Below are positions 17,970 through 24,000 of a stretch of 24,000 nucleotides of DNA, piece by piece. Each line of letters starts with the position of its first letter. Within the stretch, counting starts at the first letter, position 1. The stretch covers positions 3,264 through 27,263 of the forward strand of contig NZ_DATERI010000143.1 in NCBI RefSeq assembly GCF_035271705.1, read 5' to 3'. The DNA is from Buttiauxella sp. (GTDB taxonomy: Bacteria; Pseudomonadota; Gammaproteobacteria; Enterobacterales; Enterobacteriaceae). The translations under genes were made by a program, and so were the position numbers. Below the pieces are notes generated by a model, which was not told where the DNA came from, did not search any database, and worked only from the letters and a program-made list of their open reading frames with translations.

Positions 17970-19685
17970 CTATTGCGCGGAAGTTGCAGGCTGAGTCGTT
18001 TCTTTTACTGTTACCGGCCCTGGTGTGGCAGAAGGTAATTTGTCCGGTGTGGAGTCGCAGGGTTTTTGTTTGCCACACAGCAAATCAAGCATTTTCAATG
18101 TGACGCCGTTGGTCCAGCCGAATCCATCCTGCAACGGGTATTCACCCCCGCCACCGCCTGTACCGGTGGTGGATACGTCATATTTTTCTACCAGTTTTTG
18201 CTCGCGGTTATAGGTCTGCTGCACGTTAGTCAGGAAGCGCCAGCTGACTTCCATCGCCAGATCGTTTTGCCCGTAATTTTGCAAACCTTCGGTTGCCACC
18301 CACTGCAATGGCGCCCAGCCATTGGGGGCGTCCCACTGCTGGCCTGTTTTCAGGTTGGTGGTAGCCAGTCCCCCCGCTTTCAGTAATTGAGAACGGGTGA
18401 TGGTAGCCATTTTATCAGCGCGCTCTTTCGACGCGACATGAACGTAAAGCGGGAACAGCGCGGCAGCGGTCAGTTGCGAACGTGCGGCGTGAGTTTTGAG
18501 ATCGTAATCAGCATAGAAACCCTGTTTATCGTTCCACAGATATTTTTCCATGGCTTTTTGGCGGGCGTCTGCGGATTGCTGATATTGCGTGGCAGCCACG
18601 CTGTCTTTTGCCACACTGCTTGCATAGGCCAGAGTTTTTTCCATCTGGAATAGCAGGGCGTTCAAATCAACCGGCACGATAGACGTGGTTCGAATCGAAC
18701 CCAATTGCTCAGGGTTATCCATCCAGCGCGAACTAAAATCCCAACCTGAGGCTGCTGCTGCGCGTAAATCGCGATAAATTTCAGTCGCCGGACGATTGGG
18801 ATTGTTCTTTGCCGTAGTCACGTCATCCAGATACGATTCGGTGCGAGGCGTGTCGCGATCATCCCAGTAACGATTTAGCACCGAGCCATCTTTGAGTTTC
18901 ACCACCCGCAAAGTTTCAGCACCCGGTTCCAGCGCATCGCTGCCCTGCATCCAGTAGGCGTACTCTTGTTTCAACTGCGGTAGATAGGTGGTGTAGGTTT
19001 CGTCACCGTTGTGGCTGGCGAGCAGTTTGACCATAAAAGCAAAGAACGGGGGTTGGGAGCGGCTCAGATAATAACTGCGGTTGCCGTTAGGAATATGCCC
19101 GAAGGCGTCGATTTCATGGGCAAAGTTATCGACCATGTCCTGCACTTTGTCCCAGTGGCCGCTTTGTGCAAGCCCAAGCATGGTGAAGTAACTGTCCCAA
19201 TAATAGACTTCCCTGAAGCGCCCACCCGGCACCACATACGGTTTCGGCAACGGCAACAGCGAATCCCATTTATCTACGCTGTCAGTCGTGCGAGTCAGTA
19301 CTGGCCATAAGCTGTCGATGTGTTCGCGTAAAGTCTGTCCTTCAGGTGGGACATACTTTTCACCTTCTTTTGGTAAGACAAAGTTAACGTCGACAAAATG
19401 GCGCAAATCGAAACCAGATTGATTGCGCTGCATGCGGTAATCCGCAAGGATCATCAAGGGATCATTCTTAGGAACTGCATCAGCAAACGTCTTCTGATCG
19501 GAGAATAATTTTGCCGTTTGTACATCGGTAAACAGTGGACCAAGGAGTACATCAGGCGGTTGGGGCAGCGGTTGTAAACCCTCAGCGGCGGAAGAAGGCA
19601 AAGTGAAAGTGACGAATACACAACCGATAGCTATTTGAATCGCAAACAATAACGTGCGAGGACGGCGTAACACAGGGTTTATCAT
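17970..19685 (-). CDS. treA: Periplasmic trehalase TreA (GH37)
   Basis: The 571-aa ORF has a signal peptide and near-complete colinearity with remembered E. coli TreA. Shared segments include [101 protein letters not shown] and [29 protein letters not shown]. Confidence 0.95.
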   Translation of the reverse strand: MINPVLRRPRTLLFAIQIAIGCVFVTFTLPSSAAEGLQPLPQPPDVLLGPLFTDVQTAKLFSDQKTFADAVPKNDPLMILADYRMQRNQSGFDLRHFVDVNFVLPKEGEKYVPPEGQTLREHIDSLWPVLTRTTDSVDKWDSLLPLPKPYVVPGGRFREVYYWDSYFTMLGLAQSGHWDKVQDMVDNFAHEIDAFGHIPNGNRSYYLSRSQPPFFAFMVKLLASHNGDETYTTYLPQLKQEYAYWMQGSDALEPGAETLRVVKLKDGSVLNRYWDDRDTPRTESYLDDVTTAKNNPNRPATEIYRDLRAAAASGWDFSSRWMDNPEQLGSIRTTSIVPVDLNALLFQMEKTLAYASSVAKDSVAATQYQQSADARQKAMEKYLWNDKQGFYADYDLKTHAARSQLTAAALFPLYVHVASKERADKMATITRSQLLKAGGLATTNLKTGQQWDAPNGWAPLQWVATEGLQNYGQNDLAMEVSWRFLTNVQQTYNREQKLVEKYDVSTTGTGGGGGEYPLQDGFGWTNGVTLKMLDLLCGKQKPCDSTPDKLPSATPGPVTVKETTQPATSAQ

Positions 19686-19830
19686 TAATCGTTCTCCTTT
19701 ACAGACTACAGCGGCGAAAGTTATCCGCGATCAACCCAATGAAAACCTTAGCCGAATATCCGGCCAGTGGTAGGGGAGATGTCTCATAATCAGATAAAGG
19801 AGATAATTTACCCTCTTGCTAACCGCCTGC

Positions 19831-21213
19831 TTAGCCTTGTGGATTGACCAACCATGTACCCGCTTTTTCAATTGATAACGTTACGCTTCGTGACTGATTA
19901 TTATCCCGCAAGGTAATCTCATATTTGCCCACCGGCAGTTGCAACAAGCCGTAACCATTGGTTCCTGGCGAGATTTTTTCGGTCTTGCCGTTAACGTCCA
20001 ATTGTTCGCCGTCGTTCATGCGCACATAAAGGCGTGCCATCGTCCCTTCAGCCACAGGCAGTGCACTTTTAGCCTCAGTAACGTCCCCTTTTTCCACGGC
20101 CGACTTTTCAGCTTTGGTCGTCTGGGGTGAAGAAACGGAAGGAGAATGATGACTGAAAATGAAACCGCCAATCGCCACCCCGATCAGCAAACTGGCAGCA
20201 ATCTGGAGAGGAAATTTGTAACGCTTCCTGAAAGGTGAAAGGGGGGTGATTTCCGCATCTTCCACGGCTATCAGCATCGTGCCGGGCTGTTTCGGTGTCA
20301 GGCCATTGATACCGCTTAGCGGTATTTCGGCTAGTGTGACAAAATCGGCGATAGATTGCGGGCGATCCTCAGGTTTTAACGCCAATGCGCTATCCACCGC
20401 CTGCAACAGGCTATGGGAATAACCTTCCGGTCGATTTTTCGCAAGCTTCACGCAAGGGTCTTGAATGGTGCGGGTGACACTGGCTGGTGGATAGGTGCCA
20501 GTAATCAGCGTGTAGAGAATCGCACCAAGAGCGTAGATATCCGTCCACGGCCCAAGTTGGTTTTCGAGGTCTTCAGCGTATTGCTCAAGTGGAGCAAATC
20601 CCGGATTCAGAGGCGTTTTAACTTCATCGCCATTTTCTGATTGAGTAAAGCGTAGCACGCCAGAATTAAGCAGCAATGGCACACCGTTATCCTGAATCTG
20701 AATACTTTTTAACGACAAGTCTCGATGAATAAAACCTTCATCGTGTAATGTCGCCAGCGCCCCACATAACATGGGTAGCATGCTACGAATCCAGGTTTCA
20801 TTAATCATTTCGGGTTGATGCTGATGCAATTCAGCTAGCGTCACGCCGCTTGAAAAGCGCGTCGCCGCGTAGGCGGTTTCGTTTTGTGTCCAGAAGCTTA
20901 AAACTTGCAGCAAATTCGGATGGTTGAATTGCGCAAGTTGGCGGGAGGACTGCACAAAACGCTTCATACCTACATTAAACGCCTGGCTGTCCTGTTTGCT
21001 GCGTAACACCAGTTGCATGTTATCGCTACGCACCGTCAGGGCCCGCGGCATAAATTCGCGGATAGTGACTGGGCGTTCTAGCTGGTGGTCCCACGCTTTA
21101 TAAACCACGGTAGTGTTATTAGATTCAGTGACTTGAAGAATTTCAAATTCGTCGAAACGGAAACCAGGCGGCAGAGCGTCAGGAATATCTGTTTTGTAAT
21201 CTTTATCAGTCAT
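19831..21213 (-). CDS. Single-pass membrane Hanks-type Ser/Thr kinase-like protein with degenerate catalytic motifs (predicted pseudokinase) and a periplasmic PEGA-like C-terminal domain
   Basis: Residues about 20-295 show a kinase fold: LPPGFRFDEFEI..., FNHPNLLQV, IHRDL, FAPLEQY, GPWTDIYALGAILYTLITGTYPP and PEDRPQS. Catalytic positions are substituted: the G-loop has no Gly, the VAIK Lys is Arg52, the alphaC Glu is Ser, HRDLSLKS replaces the catalytic loop, and NSG replaces DFG. A TM helix PLQIAASLLIGVAIGGFIFS spans aa 335-354 (20152-20211). The C-terminal ~70 aa are beta-rich (ARLYVRMNDGEQLDVNGK...LPVGKYEITLRD...), resembling PEGA domains. Confidence 0.78.
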   Translation of the reverse strand: MTDKDYKTDIPDALPPGFRFDEFEILQVTESNNTTVVYKAWDHQLERPVTIREFMPRALTVRSDNMQLVLRSKQDSQAFNVGMKRFVQSSRQLAQFNHPNLLQVLSFWTQNETAYAATRFSSGVTLAELHQHQPEMINETWIRSMLPMLCGALATLHDEGFIHRDLSLKSIQIQDNGVPLLLNSGVLRFTQSENGDEVKTPLNPGFAPLEQYAEDLENQLGPWTDIYALGAILYTLITGTYPPASVTRTIQDPCVKLAKNRPEGYSHSLLQAVDSALALKPEDRPQSIADFVTLAEIPLSGINGLTPKQPGTMLIAVEDAEITPLSPFRKRYKFPLQIAASLLIGVAIGGFIFSHHSPSVSSPQTTKAEKSAVEKGDVTEAKSALPVAEGTMARLYVRMNDGEQLDVNGKTEKISPGTNGYGLLQLPVGKYEITLRDNNQSRSVTLSIEKAGTWLVNPQG

Positions 21214-21252
21214 GGTGGTCTTACTCTGCTCGAAATCGACGAAACTTCAGGA

Positions 21253-22206
21253 TTATTTCTGGGTGCGCCATACGCCAACCGCTGGATCACGCAATTGCGG
21301 ACGCAGGGAATCAATTAACAACAGCGTGATAGGCGTATCTGGCGCAAGCCACGCTGACCAGACTTCTCGCACGGAATTTAAACGTTTCTGAATAGCGCCT
21401 TCATCCACCGCCATCTCGCGTGATATTTCCACAGCAATAGTGCCCGTTGCTCGCCAGCCATTCAGCTCTGCTTGATAAGGTAAAATCATCCAGCTCAGTG
21501 GGGCATGTTCATTACTGACCACCATACGCTGGTTATTAAGACTGGTGATGAGCAGGCTGTCAGAATTGGCGTCGGCGCTTAATCCGCTGACCGGAAAACC
21601 ATGCACAAAAGTCATCATATGGCGCGTTTCGCCATTCACACCGCTCTGAATGATTTCACTGTGACCGTTCAACCAGCCACCTTTTTCACATTTGCCGTTG
21701 GGGATAAACATGGCTGATGAATTGGCATCACCTTGCCAGAAGGTACGCAGATGGCAGCCATCTTGCAGCGTAAATTCTTGCCACGGTGTGCGGTCAGCTA
21801 ATGGTGAGTTTTCTACGCGAGTGGATTGGGTGTTAGGTTCAATGGAAACGATAGGCGCGATAATCACTTGCCAGTCGCTGCTTTTGCTCGCGGTACCCAC
21901 TGCAAGCGCTTGACCTTGTGGATCTTCCATTCGCCAACTGACTAATTGCACTGCGCTACACTGGTTTTCCAGCAACGCTCCCAGACGGGGCATAAAAACG
22001 TTGAGTAGCGACGGGTTTTTATCACCATTGGCGACGATGCGCAGAGTGAGTTCTTGCGCACACCAGCTTTGCGGCGTGTTGTTTTGCACATCGTCAATCC
22101 AGACATCCAGCTTTTGCGAAGGAGACTGGACGATACGATAGTTACCAGTCGCCCACACCGTGGTAGACGCCAACAATAGCGCCAGACCCGAAAGCCAGAG
22201 TTTCAT
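21253..22206 (-). CDS. Secreted (periplasmic) Trp-rich protein of unknown function
   Basis: The 317-aa ORF has an AAGGA RBS 5 nt upstream and a Sec signal peptide MKLWLSGLALLLASTTVWA|TG. Four Cys lie at 49, 83, 151 and 173. The mature protein has 12 Trp (~4%). I recognise no domain. It lies between the lipoprotein and kinase-like genes with 57-nt and 39-nt gaps. Confidence 0.6.
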   Translation of the reverse strand: MKLWLSGLALLLASTTVWATGNYRIVQSPSQKLDVWIDDVQNNTPQSWCAQELTLRIVANGDKNPSLLNVFMPRLGALLENQCSAVQLVSWRMEDPQGQALAVGTASKSSDWQVIIAPIVSIEPNTQSTRVENSPLADRTPWQEFTLQDGCHLRTFWQGDANSSAMFIPNGKCEKGGWLNGHSEIIQSGVNGETRHMMTFVHGFPVSGLSADANSDSLLITSLNNQRMVVSNEHAPLSWMILPYQAELNGWRATGTIAVEISREMAVDEGAIQKRLNSVREVWSAWLAPDTPITLLLIDSLRPQLRDPAVGVWRTQK

Positions 22207-22263
22207 AAAAATCCTTGTTAGCCTAACAACTTAAGAAAAAATGATGACGTAAAACGTCGACAA

Positions 22264-22758
22264 TTAATCAATGATCCAGGTGCCGCTGTTCGCATTCTGA
22301 CACGCTTTGCTACTGCCATCGACAGCAACACAGGTGGTTTTTTTAGCCGCATGACGTGGACGTGGACGGTCTTTTTTTAGTGTCTGTGCATACAGTTCAC
22401 TTTTCACCACTGCACGCGCCGGGACGTAACCCAACATTTCCTGTTTATCCTGCTCTGCAATGGCCAGCCAATTATTCTCAACTTGCCCCAAAACGGTATA
22501 ACTTTGCCCAGTCTCAAGGGTGTTGATGACTTTCCCACCGAAGTCCGGTTTGCTCATAATTGACCCAGAATACAGCGCCTTAAAACTTGCGTTGACGGGG
22601 GTGAATTCTTTAGGTGCGGTAACCGCGTAACGGTGCGTCAGCGTGACACCATTGATTTCACTGGTCACGATCGTGTCGTCAGTCATTTTTGGCGGTGGCG
22701 TTTTACAGCCTACAACAGTGGCAACAACGGCAAGGATCAATAGATTGCGCAATTTCAT
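22264..22758 (-). CDS. SH3b-like domain lipoprotein
   Basis: The 164-aa ORF has a lipobox ATVVG|C and Lys at +2, with no Asp retention signal. The core FKALYSGSIMSKPDFGGKVINTLETGQSYTVLGQVENNWLAIAEQDKQEMLGYVPARAV has the pattern of bacterial SH3_3 domains. A basic linker KKDRPRPRHAAKK follows, then a C-terminal Cys-X9-Cys. Confidence 0.68.
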   Translation of the reverse strand: MKLRNLLILAVVATVVGCKTPPPKMTDDTIVTSEINGVTLTHRYAVTAPKEFTPVNASFKALYSGSIMSKPDFGGKVINTLETGQSYTVLGQVENNWLAIAEQDKQEMLGYVPARAVVKSELYAQTLKKDRPRPRHAAKKTTCVAVDGSSKACQNANSGTWIID

Positions 22759-22875
22759 CGTAACGTTCCCTGAAAAAATGGTTCAAACCTGGCCGCCGAG
22801 AAAGGGTGAGATGGCGTAGAAATAATCCAGGAATCTTAAGAATGACTAATATATTACCAATACAGACTAACGTTA

Positions 22876-22903
22876 ATTTTACATTGCCTGATTAACAATT
22901 CAA
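22876..22903 (-). promoter_or_regulatory. Candidate sigma-70 promoter of the lipoprotein/periplasmic/kinase-like operon
   Basis: The reverse strand reads TTGAAT-16 nt-TAAAAT about 115 nt upstream of the lipoprotein ATG. It is embedded in an imperfect inverted repeat, TTAACAATTCAATG (22892-22905) / CATTAAGTGTTAA (22926-22938). An alternative TTGGTA-16-TAAGAT lies at 22833-22860. Confidence 0.3.
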
Positions 22904-23046
22904 TGCGGATGTAACTGATTGACATCATTAAGTGTTAATCCTCCGAACAACTGCCTGATAGCAATGATTCAACACGTGAGCCGTCTATCATCCCAGGTTA
23001 CTCCAAGCATACATTATGAAGTAGTTCTTCAATTTCAGGATTAACG

Positions 23047-23175
23047 ATGATGATGGAGCCGTTATTTCCCAATAGCGACGATTTTATCATGTCTGTCGAA
23101 AATCCCTTCGCTGGCTTTCTTTACTGTTTCAGTGAAGGGTTTGCCGTGGGAATGGCTGTGGATGTTATAACATAG
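23047..23175 (+). CDS. Hypothetical 42-aa small ORF (very tentative)
   Basis: ATGATGATG is preceded by AGGA 6 nt upstream. The product is MMMEPLFPNSDDFIMSVENPFAGFLYCFSEGFAVGMAVDVIT. I recognise no homology, and it is below the ORF-track size cutoff. Confidence 0.15.
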   Translation: MMMEPLFPNSDDFIMSVENPFAGFLYCFSEGFAVGMAVDVIT

Positions 23176-23308
23176 CAGCATGCAAGTTCAACCACTGTGG
23201 AGATAAACCCGCGCCCAAAACAGGGAACTCGAATGCGTCTTTACTACTGGCTAATCTGACGCACAACCCTTTTAATGACGCTAACCCTTTTTGCTACCTG
23301 GAAATGTG

Positions 23309-23548
23309 ATGACGGAAATTAAACTTAACCTGAATGAGAAGGACGACATTCGACAGAAACTGGTGGATTACTGCGAGGAGAATTTTGATTTGACACTTGA
23401 GCAGTTCGATGCGGATTTTTTCACCGATTTCGTTATTAAAGAGTTGGGACCGGCGTTATATAACGCGGGTGTCGAAGAAGCTATTAAAACGCATGCTGCT
23501 TATTGTGACCGTATCCAGGAAGAGATGGATTTGAAGAAAATCCTCTAA
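23309..23548 (+). CDS. Small acidic cytoplasmic protein, DUF2164-like
   Basis: The start was moved to ATG 23309 (MTEIKLNLNEKDDIRQKLVDYCEENFDLTLEQFDADFFTDFVIKELGPALYNAGVEEA...). The pattern F..F....LG..(Y/F)YN.G is as I remember for DUF2164 family proteins. The assignment comes from memory, not a search. Confidence 0.6.
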   Translation: MTEIKLNLNEKDDIRQKLVDYCEENFDLTLEQFDADFFTDFVIKELGPALYNAGVEEAIKTHAAYCDRIQEEMDLKKIL

Positions 23549-23570
23549 TTCCGCACTGAATATGAATGCT

Positions 23571-23599
23571 TTGCGGCAGCTAAAATATGACTGCCGCAA
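23571..23599. terminator. Hairpin between the convergent DUF2164-like and phosphoethanolamine transferase genes
   Basis: A perfect 9-bp stem TTGCGGCAG (23571-23579) / CTGCCGCAA (23591-23599) has an 11-nt loop. TTT precedes it and AAAAATTT follows, which would give U-runs on both strands. Confidence 0.5.
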
Positions 23600-23625
23600 A
23601 AATTTAAACCGTTATCAACAGGGGA

Positions 23626-24000
23626 CTAATTCCGGCATCCACGGAACAAATCAAGGTCCGGGTTATACACGCGGGTACTGATGTCCCAAAGCCCTAACAC
23701 CGACGAGAACACGTTGTCGTGGGAGTAGTCGTTTTTAACCGCATTATTTTTCAAACACGCCATATTCATCTGTTTGTCAGCGATAAAACCGGGTGACATC
23801 CACACCTGCATCGGAATATGCGCTTGCTGATCCGGTGCCAGTTTGTACGGTGTGCCGTGCAGATACAGGCCACTTTCACCCAGTGACTCACCATGGTCGG
23901 AAACATACAGCAGTACAGTGTTGTACTGATCGCTGTATTTTTTCAGCTTTTCAATCATTTGTGCCAGCACGTGGTCGGTATAGCGCACAGTATTGTCGTA
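23626..24000 (-). CDS. Phosphoethanolamine transferase, EptA/EptB (sulfatase-fold) family, C-terminal 124 codons; the 5' end lies beyond the window end
   Basis: The translation YDNTVRYTDHVLAQMIEKLKKYSDQYNTVLLYVSDHGESLGESGLYLHGTPYKLAPDQQAHIPMQVWMSPGF...YSHDNVFSSVLGLWDI...LFRGCRN carries the conserved YDNT..YTD and SDHGES.GE.G.YLHG motifs. The C-terminus resembles E. coli EptB more than EptA as I recall them. The reading frame is open to position 24000. Confidence 0.85.
   Translation of the reverse strand, partial: YDNTVRYTDHVLAQMIEKLKKYSDQYNTVLLYVSDHGESLGESGLYLHGTPYKLAPDQQAHIPMQVWMSPGFIADKQMNMACLKNNAVKNDYSHDNVFSSVLGLWDISTRVYNPDLDLFRGCRN

Noticed and set aside
17890-18078. 62-aa minus-strand ORF spanning the treA 3' end and terminator region
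   Set aside because: It overlaps the treA C-terminus out of frame and the GC-rich stem-loop, so it is better explained as a terminator or repeat element.
19831-22758. Idea that the kinase-containing operon is an anti-phage defence system (Stk-type)
   Set aside because: Two of the three products are exported and the kinase-like protein is membrane-anchored with degenerate catalytic residues. No nuclease, NTPase or other effector-like cytoplasmic domain is present and no mobile-element context is visible. An envelope-sensing or scaffolding role fits better. This cannot be formally excluded without experiments.

Overview
Enterobacteriaceae chromosomal segment. All identifications rest on by-eye comparison with remembered E. 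coli K-12 proteins and motifs; no searches were run. The window starts with the conserved core block cvrA<-ldcA<-, emtA->, ycgR<-, ymgE-> and later returns to core with treA<-. About 14 kb of accessory genes sit between ymgE and treA, where K-12 as recalled has only ycgY. These are a secreted type-B carboxylesterase, an ebg/ygj sugar locus (ygjK<-ygjJ<- divergent from ebgR->ebgA->ebgC->ygjI->) and an orphan Fur-box-preceded FhuA-class TonB-dependent receptor. Beyond treA lies the most interesting part, an uncharacterised three-gene minus-strand operon at 19831-22758. It encodes an SH3b-like lipoprotein, a Trp-rich periplasmic protein of unknown fold, and a single-pass membrane Hanks-type kinase-like protein. 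Most catalytic residues of that kinase fold are substituted (Lys->Arg, alphaC Glu->Ser, HRDxKxxN->HRDLSLKS, DFG->NSG), which predicts a pseudokinase, and its periplasmic tail looks PEGA-like. A 550-bp non-coding region, a DUF2164-like small gene and the 3' part of an EptA/EptB-family phosphoethanolamine transferase follow. No tRNA/rRNA, CRISPR array, transposase or integrase was seen. Several hairpin terminators, a REP-like element, a sigma-28 promoter for ycgR and a repeated TTAGTAAA operator-like motif flanking ebgR are visible in the sequence.
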